DNA of 61,102 nucleotides from an uncultured Candidatus Saccharibacteria bacterium (GCA_964582295.1 CAZOQP010000002.1:148268-209369); one strand, 5' to 3'; positions 27,081-37,472 are shown, numbered from the stretch's first letter. Translations and numbers: made by a program. The notes: a model not told the origin generated them from the sequence alone.

Positions 27081-27151
27081 CGGGCGGTGGAGGAATCGAA
27101 CCCCCGACAGCGGATTTGGAGGCCGCAGTTATACCATTTAACTAACCGCCC
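27081..27151 (-). tRNA. tRNA-Trp(CCA)
   Basis: GGGCGGT/ACCGCCC, GCGG-C-CTCCAAA-T-CCGC, GGTTCGATTCC. Confidence 0.93.
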
Positions 27152-27174
27152 AGTAAACGCGATTATAACAAATT

Positions 27175-27338
27175 CCGCTCGCCGTGCCTTTCGGCGTACA
27201 CGCATAAATTTGCCCAGCGGCAAATTTTGCTGTCTCTCAGCTCGCCAAAGTAAAGAGCCCCTCGTGATTACACTCGGGGTCATTGACTTACCTAGCTTTC
27301 TCGCTTCCGAGACGTACGGCGAAAGGCACGGCTCGCTA
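27175..27338 (-). repeat. GAGCGA-flanked palindromic element 1
   Basis: Arms GCCGTGCCTTTCGGCGTAC / GTACGGCGAAAGGCACGGC (1 mismatch); flanks TAGCGA and GAGCGG on the minus strand. Confidence 0.65.
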
Positions 27339-27349
27339 CAAAATCCTTA

Positions 27350-27473
27350 GAGCGAGGGGTGATGACGAAAAGAGGCAGTGCAGCGCGAGGGTGCCGTTGC
27401 TGAATGGTTGCATTCAGACGGTGAGCAAGCAGCAGATTTTTATGCGTACTCTTTTCGTCATCACCCCGAGCGA
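27350..27473 (+). repeat. GAGCGA-flanked palindromic element 2
   Basis: GAGCGA-GGGGTGATGACGAAAAGAG...CTCTTTTCGTCATCACCCC-GAGCGA; close copy at 56550. Confidence 0.85.
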
Positions 27474-27659
27474 CTTTTATTTCTTGGCTTCCTTGAAAAT
27501 CACCCTCTTTCGGAGCTTTTTGGAGTATTTTTTAAGCTCTATTTTGCGCTCTACTTTGCGCTTATTCTTGCGGGTGTAATACACCTCGCCCGTTTCCTTA
27601 TTGCGGAGAATTATAAGTTGGTCTTGTGACATGATGAGGGAAAGATACCACAGCTCTGT

Positions 27660-28802
27660 TTAATTGCAAACCGTCCGCCGAAGGTGGGGGGCTATATGGA
27701 CCAGTATCTCATGGGAGATAGTTTCTGAGAGTTTCGCCATTGATTCCACGGAGTTCTTATTCTCTCGGCATCGGCTTATGATGATTACCGAATCGCTAAT
27801 TTTGGCATCCGGAACTTCGCTAACATCGATTGAGGAAATATTCATGCTCACCCTGCCAATAATGGGACACATGATGCCTTTCAAAGAGACAAATCCCCTG
27901 TCTGACAGTCTCCGGTCAATACCCTCAAAATATCCCGCGGGAATGGTAGCAACGGACGTCTGCTTTTCTGTTTTGTAAGTGCAGTTATATCCCACGTGCT
28001 CTCCGGGAAGGATTGTTTTGACGGACGTAATGAGCGAGCGCATTTCAAGAACAGGTTTGAGAGGCAGATCTCCTGAGTGCTTGGACGAAATACCGTAAAG
28101 ACCAAGCCCTAGACGTGCGACATTGGTGCTTTCAGGCGCAAAACGCACTCCGGCTGTTGCCGAAATATGAAAAAACCGGATGTCCTCAAATTCCTTTTTA
28201 AAACATCTCACGGATTCTTCCCACTTCACTAATTGTTTATTTGTAAATGTATCTTTTTCACCATCTGCATCAGCAAAGTGAGAACATAAACCTTCAAGTG
28301 TTAATAAAGTCTGTCCTTTTATAATCTTGATTGCTTCGTTTATATCATTTTCGGAAATACCCTGCCGATGCATACCAGTATCTATTTTTAAGTGAACCAC
28401 CTTCGGACTTCTGGCAGTTTCAGCAAGACTCTTTAATTGTTCAATGCTTGTGATTGTAAATGACACATTAGAGAGAGACGACGAATTGATGTTTTCGGGG
28501 CTTGCATACCCAACGATAAGAATTTTTGATTTTATATCCTCACCACGCAGAAGCATTGCTTCATAAAGCGAATCAACTACGAAAAAAGGTACGTTTTCCC
28601 CATCAAGTACACGGGCAACAGGCACAAGCCCATGGCCGTAAGCATTACTCTTTAGGACTGGAGCAAAAGATATTTTTGGGTATGAAGATATGTACGTACA
28701 TAAATTATGAATGAGACTGTTTTTTGAAATAAAAATTTCAATAGAAGGACTATAGGGCGACAGAGACTTTTTGACAGTCCTTAACCACGAGAGAAATTTC
28801 AT
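27660..28802 (-). CDS. alr: Alanine racemase
   Basis: VLKSNAYGHG PLP lysine, HLKIDTGMHRQG, HVGYNCTY, GRVSMN. Confidence 0.95.
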   Translation of the reverse strand: MKFLSWLRTVKKSLSPYSPSIEIFISKNSLIHNLCTYISSYPKISFAPVLKSNAYGHGLVPVARVLDGENVPFFVVDSLYEAMLLRGEDIKSKILIVGYASPENINSSSLSNVSFTITSIEQLKSLAETARSPKVVHLKIDTGMHRQGISENDINEAIKIIKGQTLLTLEGLCSHFADADGEKDTFTNKQLVKWEESVRCFKKEFEDIRFFHISATAGVRFAPESTNVARLGLGLYGISSKHSGDLPLKPVLEMRSLITSVKTILPGEHVGYNCTYKTEKQTSVATIPAGYFEGIDRRLSDRGFVSLKGIMCPIIGRVSMNISSIDVSEVPDAKISDSVIIISRCRENKNSVESMAKLSETISHEILVHIAPHLRRTVCN

Positions 28803-28917
28803 ATTCTATGATTATATCAAGCAGATGAATATTCACGTAAGCTGACCATGTCTTAGGCTTGAAGCCCAACAAATTTGACGTATGATGGCCCTCGGCAACC
28901 TTTAATCAAGAGGCTAT

Positions 28918-29172
28918 ATGAGCAATCGCTCTGTTGGCAAAATGTCAGGCAAGGTATGGTTCAGAAGAGAAATTGCTGACCTGAAACGACGCCAAAAAAT
29001 AGACCCTCAAGAGTTCCGTGCACGAGTTCTTGTGGTTTACCAAGCTCTCCAGACAATTGTAAGTCCGGGGATGAAAATTAATCTGTCTAAAGGAGGCGAC
29101 GAGGTTTTGGATACCAAGATCAGAACATTGGTTCAATCTGTGAGCCCAGTTGATACAAAAGATGGAAAGTGA
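28918..29172 (+). CDS. Hypothetical protein (84 aa)
   Basis: ORF with AGAGG upstream, followed by palindrome TTTAGAGCGCTCATATGAGCGCTCTAAA (29178-29205). Confidence 0.55.
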   Translation: MSNRSVGKMSGKVWFRREIADLKRRQKIDPQEFRARVLVVYQALQTIVSPGMKINLSKGGDEVLDTKIRTLVQSVSPVDTKDGK

Positions 29173-29274
29173 AATATTTTAGAGCGCTCATATGAGCGCT
29201 CTAAACTTTTTAATATTGTTTTCCTTATAACAAATGAGGCCCGCCATGTTCTTTGGCGGGCCTCTTAGACGGTA

Positions 29275-29838
29275 CTATCGAAACAACGTAGCAATTTTCT
29301 TCCGCAAGTTTCTTTGTTGTGCAAGCCTCCAGCGGCGAAGTTTTTTCCATTCTACTTCCAAAAACTTGGGCGGCTCAGGAAGCGGACCATAGCCTTCAAG
29401 TTGGTCCTGCTGCTTCACGAACTCGCACATGCAATTGGGAACCGTGCGACCGTATCTGTCGCACAGACAAGGTCCATACTTAAGTGGCAGAAGTCGGAGC
29501 TCTCCCCGTCTGATTTTTTCCCGCTCCTCGAGCATCCGTCGATGCGATTCGATTGCCTTACTCTCAGTACATGCACAGAAACTGAGTTCGCGACCACAGC
29601 GACAAAACCTCGGCAATGGCGAAAGAAGCCTTGGATAGAAATCCGCACCGCCACCATAGACCCCGCGGATCTGCTCCCATCTGCCACCATTGTCTTCGTC
29701 GTAAGAAAGACCGATCTGCTTATCCTTGCAATACCACGGATCATGCAGGACTTTCGTCCCATCTTCGTTCAAAAGCTCTCGCCCGCAATTTTGGCAATAG
29801 GTTTTCTGAAATCGTTCAGCGAAATCCTTTCTAGCCAT
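29275..29838 (-). CDS. Cys-rich hypothetical protein, putative Zn-binding
   Basis: SD AGGAGG; CQNC, CRCG..CAC, CLCD..CMC clusters; own promoter TTGACA-N18-TAAGGT. Confidence 0.65.
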   Translation of the reverse strand: MARKDFAERFQKTYCQNCGRELLNEDGTKVLHDPWYCKDKQIGLSYDEDNGGRWEQIRGVYGGGADFYPRLLSPLPRFCRCGRELSFCACTESKAIESHRRMLEEREKIRRGELRLLPLKYGPCLCDRYGRTVPNCMCEFVKQQDQLEGYGPLPEPPKFLEVEWKKLRRWRLAQQRNLRKKIATLFR

Positions 29839-29948
29839 GTAGCAACCTCCTTTTTATTGAATTGACTGTTCTGGGCGCACCTTATCACATATTTAAAAAA
29901 CATGTCAATCTCATGTTTACACTGAACGATCTTTAGCGAGTCGAAGTG

Positions 29949-30030
29949 TGCGTCGGGAGGGACTCGAACCCACGATGCCCGAAGGCCGGAGATTTACAGT
30001 CTCCTGGAATAGCCGCTATCCGACCGACGC
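29949..30030 (-). tRNA. tRNA-Tyr(GTA)
   Basis: GCGTCGG/CCGACGC, GGAGA-CTGTAAA-TCTCC, long variable arm. Confidence 0.93.
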
Positions 30031-30083
30031 AGTGCTTCATAATCTAGCAGATTATGGTGTGATTTACGAGAGAAAGGGATTGA

Positions 30084-32792
30084 TTACTTCTGCGCCGATT
30101 CTTTAGGTTTGTCCGCTTTCTTTTTTGTTTCGGTGTTCGTCCACAGGCTTCCGCGGCGGCCTTTTTTGATATCAAAAATAAATTCGTCGTTCTTCACGTT
30201 CACTACCACTTCCCCGCCACGTGACAATCCTTTGGATATCATAAGAGACGCAATCGGTGTCAATATCTTGTTCTGAATAACACGCTTCAAAGGGCGCGCA
30301 CCGTATTGAGGACTGTATCCTTCTTTGGCTAAAAGCTCGTAAGCCGGCTCTGAAATAATAAGGGTCAATTCCCTATCTACTAGGCGCTTCTTCACTTGCT
30401 CCACCTGAATATCCACAATACTGCGGATGGCATCCTTCGAAAGAACATCAAAGAGAATGATGTCATCCAAGCGGTTCAGGAATTCGGGGCGGAAAAATTC
30501 CTTGAGACTTACCATCACTTTTTCCTTTGCAGATTCGTAATCTCCCCCGCCATCTCCCAAGTTGAAACCTACACGCTCCATTTTGTCTATGTATTGAGCA
30601 CCAATGTTTGAAGTAAGGATGATAAGGGTGTTCTTGAAGTTAACGGTGCGGCCTTTAGCATCCGTCAGGCGGCCGTTATCAAGCACTTGAAGCAAAATGT
30701 TGAATACCTCCGGGTGAGCTTTTTCTATTTCGTCAAAAAGAATAACAGCATACGGTCTGTGGCGCACCATCTCGGTAAGCTGGCCTCCTTCCTCGTGCCC
30801 CACGTAGCCGGGCGGCGAACCGATAAGCTTTGAAACAGAATGTTTTTCCATGAATTCAGACATATCCACGCGGATGAGAGCTTTCTCGTCGTCAAACAAA
30901 AATTCAGCAAGAGCTTTGGTGAGCTCTGTTTTTCCTACACCCGTCGGCCCGAGGAAAATAAATGAGCCGACGGGGCGGTTCGGATCAGAAATGCCCGCGC
31001 GTGAGCGCTTCACTGTGTCGGCAATTTTTTTCACCGCTTCGTCCTGGCCCACCACGCGTGCTTTCAGGAATTCTTCCATGCGGGAGAGGCGCTCGGCTTC
31101 CTGTTCAAGCATGCGGGTAACAGGAATACCCGTCCAACGCGAAACGATGTCTGCAATATCTTCTGCAGTTATCTCCTCGCGAAGCATTCTGCGCGAGCTT
31201 TGCATGCGCTTCAGACGCTTTGATTTCTGCTCAAGCTCCCGCTCCAAAAACGGTATCTCGCCGTAACGGATTTCCGCTGCCCGTGCAAGGTCTGCCCTAG
31301 CTTCCGCACCTTCCGCTTCCAGGCGAAGCTTTTCCAGGTTTTTCTTTATATCTTTGAGCCCCTCAACGGTCTGCTTCTCCCCCTTCCACTTCATTTCAAT
31401 GTCACGGGTCTTTTCCTTCAATGCCTGCACCTCTTCTTCTATGGTTTTTATGCGTGCTTTGGTTTTCGCATCTTTTGTGGTCTCTATTTCTTTTTTGAGC
31501 GCCTGCCTTTCTATCTCCAAACGGCGCACTTTGGTTGCTGTTTCCTCAAGAATAGGCGGCATATTTTCAAGAGAAATTTTCAAATGCGAAGCGGCTTCGT
31601 CTATGAGGTCAACCGCTTTGTCTGGCAAAAACCTGTCGGTAATGTAGCGAGATGAAAGATTAACTGCCGCCACTATAGCTTCGTCGGTTATACGCACCCC
31701 GTGATAAAGCTCGTATTTTTCCTTGAGCCCGCGAAGAACGGCGACAGCATCTTCAACTGTCGGCTCATTCACATGAACGGGCTGGAAACGTCTTGTTAAG
31801 GCCGGGTCTTTCTCAATATGTTTCTGATATTCCTTAAGTGTCGTGGCGCCAATTGCCCGCAATTCCCCGCGCGCAAGAGGCGGCTTCAGCATGTTTGAAG
31901 CATCCATGGCGCCTTCAGCCGCACCTGCTCCGACGATAGTGTGTATCTCGTCTATGAAAAGAATTATCTTTCCTTCGGAGCGCTCTATTTCTTTTATTAT
32001 ATTTTTCAGACGCTCTTCAAATTCACCGCGATATTTGGTTCCGGCGATAAGGAGACCGAGGTCAAGCGAGACTAGCTCTTTGTCTTTAAGCGACTCCGGC
32101 ACATTTCCCGATGACATACGCTGGGCGAGGCCTTCAACAATGGCGGTCTTTCCCACTCCGGCTTCTCCTATGAGTATCGGGTTGTTCTTTGTACGACGGG
32201 AAAGTATTTGTACGATGCGGGCTATTTCATTGTCTCGTCCGATGACCGGATCAAGCTTATTTTCACGTGCAAGCTTCGTAAGCGAGCGTGTGTATTTCAA
32301 AATAGATTTTGGTTTTTTCGGATCTTTCTCCCGTCCGTCCTTAGTGGTTTTCAATTCCTCAATGGTGCGCACTACCAGAGCTCTGTCCAGTTTGAAGCGT
32401 GCCAAAAGATCGCGTGCAGAACTAGGCACTTCAAGAATGGAAATGAACAAATGCTCAACAGAAACAAATTCGTCACCCAAAGATTTCGCCGCCTTGAGGC
32501 CGTTGTCTATTGTCTGAGCGAGCTCGGGGGTGAGATATATCTGATAAGAGGAAGAGAGGACAGAGGAGCTGTCGGAGCCTTCAAGAGACTCAAGTATGGA
32601 ATCCGTGAGGAGGATACTATCAACATCCAGGCGGTCAAGAATGAGCCCTACAGTGGACTCCTCCTGCAGAGTGAGCGCCGCCAAAAGGTGGAGAGGATTG
32701 ACATGATTCTGCCCACGCTCAATAGCAAGCTCATGAGCTCTTTTCAGGGCTTCCTTGGCTTTAGTTGTGAATTGATGGAATGGAGGAGGCAT
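30084..32792 (-). CDS. clpB: ATP-dependent chaperone ClpB
   Basis: Two AAA+ modules ([16 protein letters not shown]), coiled-coil M domain with AEIRYG, GARPLKR. Confidence 0.93.
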   Translation of the reverse strand: MPPPFHQFTTKAKEALKRAHELAIERGQNHVNPLHLLAALTLQEESTVGLILDRLDVDSILLTDSILESLEGSDSSSVLSSSYQIYLTPELAQTIDNGLKAAKSLGDEFVSVEHLFISILEVPSSARDLLARFKLDRALVVRTIEELKTTKDGREKDPKKPKSILKYTRSLTKLARENKLDPVIGRDNEIARIVQILSRRTKNNPILIGEAGVGKTAIVEGLAQRMSSGNVPESLKDKELVSLDLGLLIAGTKYRGEFEERLKNIIKEIERSEGKIILFIDEIHTIVGAGAAEGAMDASNMLKPPLARGELRAIGATTLKEYQKHIEKDPALTRRFQPVHVNEPTVEDAVAVLRGLKEKYELYHGVRITDEAIVAAVNLSSRYITDRFLPDKAVDLIDEAASHLKISLENMPPILEETATKVRRLEIERQALKKEIETTKDAKTKARIKTIEEEVQALKEKTRDIEMKWKGEKQTVEGLKDIKKNLEKLRLEAEGAEARADLARAAEIRYGEIPFLERELEQKSKRLKRMQSSRRMLREEITAEDIADIVSRWTGIPVTRMLEQEAERLSRMEEFLKARVVGQDEAVKKIADTVKRSRAGISDPNRPVGSFIFLGPTGVGKTELTKALAEFLFDDEKALIRVDMSEFMEKHSVSKLIGSPPGYVGHEEGGQLTEMVRHRPYAVILFDEIEKAHPEVFNILLQVLDNGRLTDAKGRTVNFKNTLIILTSNIGAQYIDKMERVGFNLGDGGGDYESAKEKVMVSLKEFFRPEFLNRLDDIILFDVLSKDAIRSIVDIQVEQVKKRLVDRELTLIISEPAYELLAKEGYSPQYGARPLKRVIQNKILTPIASLMISKGLSRGGEVVVNVKNDEFIFDIKKGRRGSLWTNTETKKKADKPKESAQK

Positions 32793-32848
32793 AACAGAAA
32801 AAATACATTCAAAGGAGGGTCAGGTCAAGCGATTTTTGGAAGTACTAC

Positions 32849-33628
32849 TTAACGAACGGCTTCCAGCAGAAGCGGGCTATAAATGAAGAAGCGCCCTGTT
32901 TCAAGATCTGAACGCCTGATGCCTACTATGTCGCCTGAAAGATCTATGAGGGGAGAACCGTTGGTGGCGCGGGTGCGGTCAAAATCCGTCTCTATTGTGC
33001 GCGGACTCGTGGAAGATGTCCCCTGAATATTGCTGATGTGCCCCACCAGCGCCACGTTGTCTATCTGCCCTTCAATAACGACAACCGTCTGCCCGAGTTT
33101 CGGAATGCTTTTTGTGAATGTGGCCGGGGTCACTCCGTTCACTGGAACAGAAGCTGCTCTGAAAAGAATGACGCCTGGTTCAGGTACATCTTTCTGTATA
33201 GCAAGATTCACAGTAGTGCCGTCTGCAAAGGTTCCGGTTGAAGCATATTGCGGAACGAAAAGCGGCGTGCGCTCCGCAATTATCTCGCCTTCTTGAGAAA
33301 TGACCACTCCGATTGCATAAAAAGTGGGAGAACCGTCGGGTCCGATCTGCCTGATACGCACAACCGAGCTCATATTTTTAGTAATAGCGGCCGTTACTTT
33401 GTCGTCTTCCGAGACCACCTGAACCTCTCTCACTGTGCGAGTGCCTTCCGGAGTGGTAACCACACGCTCAATGGTTCTCTCCACCACGCGGTTTATCGTC
33501 TGGCTCACAGTAGCAGGCGCTTCCTGTAAAAGAGAAACTGTCATAATGCCCGTCGCAATTGACGTGACGAAAGAAACAAGAAGAGTGAGGAGAACAAGCT
33601 GGGTCTTCGTAAGGTGCTCCATGTTCAT
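32849..33628 (-). CDS. Membrane-anchored trypsin-fold protein, catalytic triad apparently lost
   Basis: LTKTQLVLLTLLVSFVTSIATG anchor; trypsin-like layout with TNGSPLIDLSGDIVGI in place of GNSGGPL. Confidence 0.6.
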   Translation of the reverse strand: MNMEHLTKTQLVLLTLLVSFVTSIATGIMTVSLLQEAPATVSQTINRVVERTIERVVTTPEGTRTVREVQVVSEDDKVTAAITKNMSSVVRIRQIGPDGSPTFYAIGVVISQEGEIIAERTPLFVPQYASTGTFADGTTVNLAIQKDVPEPGVILFRAASVPVNGVTPATFTKSIPKLGQTVVVIEGQIDNVALVGHISNIQGTSSTSPRTIETDFDRTRATNGSPLIDLSGDIVGIRRSDLETGRFFIYSPLLLEAVR

Positions 33629-33645
33629 TTAATTATACATCACAC

Positions 33646-34863
33646 TTATTTACTGTGCGACAACTTAATGTGCGTACCTGTGGCTTGGGGAACCGCACGT
33701 TTCAGTGCCGCGATAATTACATTTAGGTCTTTTTCAGTGGTACCGCGACCGAATGAAAAACGCAGAGAAGAAAAAGCGCAATCCTTCTTAACCGCAGACG
33801 AGAAAATTTCATCCTCCAGATTCTCGCACGCGCTTGACGCTGACGCACTCACACCTTCCGAGTCAAGGATAAGGACTGCCTGCTCCGCGAGAAGACCGGG
33901 GAAGCATATATTCACATTGCCAGGGTGACGGAAAACACCAATGTCAGGGCCGTTCAAAACAGCTTCTGGAAAATGTTTGGTGATAAGGCGGAGGAAATTT
34001 TTCTGAAGCTTTGCCAAGCGCTTGTTTTCTGCGGGACGCTTTTCTTCGGCTTCTACAAGGGCTTCTGCAAAGCCAGCGATGCAGGAAACATTTTCAGTGC
34101 CTGCTCGCAGACCCCTTTCCTGTCCACCTCCCCGGAAGACAGCTTCCAAAGCAACTCCCCTTTTCACAAAAAGTGCTCCCACCCCTTTAGGTCCGTATAT
34201 TTTTCCTGAATCAAGGGTCATCATGTCAATTCCTAAAACATTTTTATCAAGAGGCAGGATACCTGCCGCAGCGCTTGCGTCCAAATGCACATACGGCATC
34301 CGGGTTTTGTTGTCCTTCCGATGGGAACGTACTATCTTCATAATGTCTCGCACTTTTTGGATTGTGCCTATCTCCCCATTTATAAGACCGAATGAGATGA
34401 TGATCGGTTTCCTTGAGAGTTCCTTTTTAAGAGCTTTAAGATCCAAATGTCCGGCATCATCGGCCGGAATTAAGGAAATATCCGTTTGCGAAAAATTATC
34501 CGCCGCACGAGTGAGAGACGGATGATCTATGGAAGATACCAGAATGCGGGGCTTTGCATTTTTATTCATATCCTTATGTACGTACATAAGGATGACACCC
34601 TGAATGGCAAGATTATTAGCTTCGGTGCCACCTGAAGTGAATACAATCTCATCCGGCTCCGCACCAATTACCTTGGCAATCTTGCGGCGCGCAGAGGAAA
34701 GGATAGTAGCCGCGGCAACACCGCCCGCATAAAGTGCACTCGGATTATGCCAAAAAGCTTTTTCAGCCGACCTCATAGCTTTCAAGGCGCGCGAAGAAAG
34801 AGGTGTTGCCGCGGCGTAATCCGCATACACTTTCCTCTTTTTCCTGTTATTACGAGCTTTCAT
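33646..34863 (-). CDS. Cysteine desulfurase (IscS/NifS-like)
   Basis: YADYAAATP, FTSGGTEANN, SGKIYGPKG, RAGTEN, SASSAC; start 34863 fits a leaderless promoter (34872 possible). Confidence 0.9.
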   Translation of the reverse strand: MKARNNRKKRKVYADYAAATPLSSRALKAMRSAEKAFWHNPSALYAGGVAAATILSSARRKIAKVIGAEPDEIVFTSGGTEANNLAIQGVILMYVHKDMNKNAKPRILVSSIDHPSLTRAADNFSQTDISLIPADDAGHLDLKALKKELSRKPIIISFGLINGEIGTIQKVRDIMKIVRSHRKDNKTRMPYVHLDASAAAGILPLDKNVLGIDMMTLDSGKIYGPKGVGALFVKRGVALEAVFRGGGQERGLRAGTENVSCIAGFAEALVEAEEKRPAENKRLAKLQKNFLRLITKHFPEAVLNGPDIGVFRHPGNVNICFPGLLAEQAVLILDSEGVSASASSACENLEDEIFSSAVKKDCAFSSLRFSFGRGTTEKDLNVIIAALKRAVPQATGTHIKLSHSK

Positions 34864-34959
34864 GGAAGTCATTGTGGCATTTTGGTGAAAATGAGGAAAA
34901 TTGCAAACGGGAAATAATAGTCATTTAATGTTAATATCACGAAACCGAAGTGAAAAAGC

Positions 34960-35445
34960 ATGGCTATATTTACTCCTTATCTTCCGTATATTGCATTAGG
35001 CGCGCTCGCGCTCGGCTTTTTGTCGCTCATATTTAGCATACTTATATATGTGAGGGTGAGAAAATTTTTCAGTATCGGCAAGGGAAATTCGTTCGAGGGA
35101 GCAGTGAGAACGCTTTCATCCGATGTTTCGGAGCTCGGAACATTTCGCGGTGAATTGGAGACATACATTGAAAAACTTGAAAAGCGGCTCACCAGAAGCA
35201 CTCAGGCCATTCACTCCCGCAGATACAATCCTTTCAAGGGCGCTGGGGAGGGAGGGCTGCAATCGCACTCAACGGCACTTTTGTCTGAGAACGGCGATGG
35301 TGTGATGCTCTCCGCTCTTTCCACACGCGACCGCGTAAGCATTTTCGCCAAATCTATAAAAAATTTCGCCTGTGAAGATTTGGAACTAAGTCCGGAGGAA
35401 AAAGAGATAATCGCCGACGCTAAGAAAACAATTTCAACGATATGA
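34960..35445 (+). CDS. DUF4446-like membrane protein
   Basis: TM, RRYNPFK..GG.QS.S.ALL.E.GDGV, ELSPEEKE. Confidence 0.75.
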   Translation: MAIFTPYLPYIALGALALGFLSLIFSILIYVRVRKFFSIGKGNSFEGAVRTLSSDVSELGTFRGELETYIEKLEKRLTRSTQAIHSRRYNPFKGAGEGGLQSHSTALLSENGDGVMLSALSTRDRVSIFAKSIKNFACEDLELSPEEKEIIADAKKTISTI

Positions 35446-36929
35446 CCAACACTCCACAAAGCCGCCCACCCGTGGTCGTAATCATGGGCCATATAGACCA
35501 TGGCAAATCAACACTTCTTGATTTCATTCGCCGTTCTAATGTTGCGGAAAAGGAAGCTGGTGGCATCACTCAGCACATCTCTGCTTACGAGGCGAGTGTT
35601 CCTCACGAAGGCAGTGAGAGAAAAATAACTTTTATTGATACACCGGGGCATGAAGCCTTCCGCTCAATGCGAGGATCAGGCGGCCAGGCCGCGGATATTG
35701 CAGTGCTTGTGGTTTCAGCTGAAGACGGTGTGAAGCCGCAAACTAAAGAAGCAATAGAGTGGATACAGAAAAACAAACTCCCATTCGTGACGGCCTTCAC
35801 TAAAACCGACAGACCCGAGGCAAATGTGGAAACAGCAAAGCAATCCCTCGCTGAAGCCGGCATTTACGTGGAAGGATATGGCGGAGAGGTGCCTTGGGTC
35901 GGTGTTTCCGGCACTACAGGCGACGGTGTTCCTGAACTTTTGGAAACCATTATTCTTTTGGCTGACATCCACGGAATAAAAGACGAGAACCCTGGTGAGA
36001 TGCTAGGAATTATTTTGGAAAGCCACCGCGACCCTAAAAAAGGCATCACCGCAACGGTCATCATCAAACAAGGAGTCCTTTCTAAAGGCGGCTTCGTGGC
36101 GGCCCCGGGCTCAATTGCTCCGGTAAGGATACTTGAGAACTTTTCCAGTAAAGCAATTGACGAAGCGGGGGCCGGAACACCTGTGAGGATAATCGGCTGG
36201 GAGAGCGCGCCTGAAGTGGGAGGAGAGATGCGAGCTTTTGAAGATAAGGATGCAGCCCGCGCATTTGCGGAAAAAACGCCCGCAGTAAAAGAGGCGGCAT
36301 CTGCAGGAATGCTGGGAGACAAAAAAATGGTTCCGCTCATTGTACGAGCAGACACTGCCGGAAGCCTCAATGCTCTGGTGTACGAGATAGGTAAATTTAC
36401 CCACGAGCGCGTGGCGCCCAAAATAATTTCTGCCAGCATCGGAACTTTGAGCGAAAATGACGTCAAAACAGCACAGACCAATAAGGACTCAATACTGGTA
36501 GCTTTTCATACGGGAATAGACAGCTCTGCAAAATCTTTGGCAGAGCGCCTAGGCACTCCGGTTCTTGCAGACGAAATAATTTACAAGCTCACGGAAAATC
36601 TTTTTGAAGAAATAAAGAAACGTGCACCTATCATTACTGCGGAGAAAATAATAGGCATCGGCCAGATAGTGAGAACATTCAGTGCCGCCAAAGACAAACA
36701 GATAGTGGGAGGCAAAGTGAAGGAAGGAGTGATACGTCTCGGAGCACAGGTGAACATTTTGCGCAGGGGCACTGCAATAGGCCAGGGAAAATTAAAGGAG
36801 CTTCAATATATGAAAGAAAGGATAAGCGAGGCGGCGGAAGGACGAGAATTCGGAGCGCTTATTGAGTCCAAAATGGAGATAGCAGTGGGAGACGAAGTGC
36901 AGGCTTTTGAGCTTGAGCAAATACAATAA
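35442..36929 (+). CDS. infB: Translation initiation factor IF-2 (minimal, no N-domain)
   Basis: RPPVVVIMGHIDHGKSTLLD, GGITQHI, DTPGHEAF. Confidence 0.96.
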   Translation: MTNTPQSRPPVVVIMGHIDHGKSTLLDFIRRSNVAEKEAGGITQHISAYEASVPHEGSERKITFIDTPGHEAFRSMRGSGGQAADIAVLVVSAEDGVKPQTKEAIEWIQKNKLPFVTAFTKTDRPEANVETAKQSLAEAGIYVEGYGGEVPWVGVSGTTGDGVPELLETIILLADIHGIKDENPGEMLGIILESHRDPKKGITATVIIKQGVLSKGGFVAAPGSIAPVRILENFSSKAIDEAGAGTPVRIIGWESAPEVGGEMRAFEDKDAARAFAEKTPAVKEAASAGMLGDKKMVPLIVRADTAGSLNALVYEIGKFTHERVAPKIISASIGTLSENDVKTAQTNKDSILVAFHTGIDSSAKSLAERLGTPVLADEIIYKLTENLFEEIKKRAPIITAEKIIGIGQIVRTFSAAKDKQIVGGKVKEGVIRLGAQVNILRRGTAIGQGKLKELQYMKERISEAAEGREFGALIESKMEIAVGDEVQAFELEQIQ

Positions 36930-36933
36930 AGAG

Positions 36934-37260
36934 ATGCCGATTCCGAAAAAACATAAAAAAGAAAAACTTTCCTCGGTACTTGAACACTTGGCTGCCGAGT
37001 TCATCGCGCGCGAAGCCAACCGCTCTCCCCTTGTGACAGTAACCGGCTCGCGCCTTTCAGATTCTGGAAGGCATATAGATATTCTTATTTCCGTCCTGCC
37101 CGAACATCAGGAAGAAGCTGCGATAGATTTCCTGACACGGCACAAAAAAGATTTTGCGAAATTCGTGGAAGAAAGAGCACGTGTGGGCCGTATGCCCGGC
37201 TTTGATTTCCTAGTTGACACCGGAGAAAAGAATCGACGCAGAGTAGAGGATATAATATAG
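36934..37260 (+). CDS. rbfA: Ribosome-binding factor A
   Basis: Follows infB; LVTVT..LS.D, R.P.F.F..D; start ATG 36934. Confidence 0.8.
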   Translation: MPIPKKHKKEKLSSVLEHLAAEFIAREANRSPLVTVTGSRLSDSGRHIDILISVLPEHQEEAAIDFLTRHKKDFAKFVEERARVGRMPGFDFLVDTGEKNRRRVEDII

Positions 37261-37269
37261 TCTGAATGC

Positions 37270-37344
37270 GGCGTAGTGGTGAAGTGGTAACACAGCGGTC
37301 TGCAAAACCGCGATGCGGGGGTTCGATTCCCCCCTACGCCTCCA
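37270..37344 (+). tRNA. tRNA-Cys(GCA)
   Basis: GGCGTAG/CTACGCC, GCGGT-CTGCAAA-ACCGC, U discriminator, encoded CCA. Confidence 0.95.
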
Positions 37345-37368
37345 GAAAACCCCGCGGGGTTTTCTAAC

Positions 37369-37449
37369 GCCCGGGTGGCGTAATGGCAGCCGCGCTCGAC
37401 TTAAGATCGAGTTCCGAAAGGAGTGTGAGTTCAAGTCTCACCCCGGGCA
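37369..37449 (+). tRNA. tRNA-Leu(TAA)
   Basis: GCCCGGG/CCCGGGC, CTCGA-CTTAAGA-TCGAG; preceded by palindrome GAAAACCCCGCGGGGTTTTC. Confidence 0.95.
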
Positions 37450-37472
37450 CCCCAAATAAAGCGGATACGAAA

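Noticed and set aside
28803-29950. Integrated element at tRNA-Tyr
   Set aside because: No duplicated tRNA 3' end and no integrase were found downstream.
37345-37364. Palindrome GAAAACCCCGCGGGGTTTTC between tRNA-Cys and tRNA-Leu as a 3'-anchored element
   Set aside because: It is self-contained, with no complementarity to the tRNA T-arm and no direct repeat; probably a processing or spacer hairpin.
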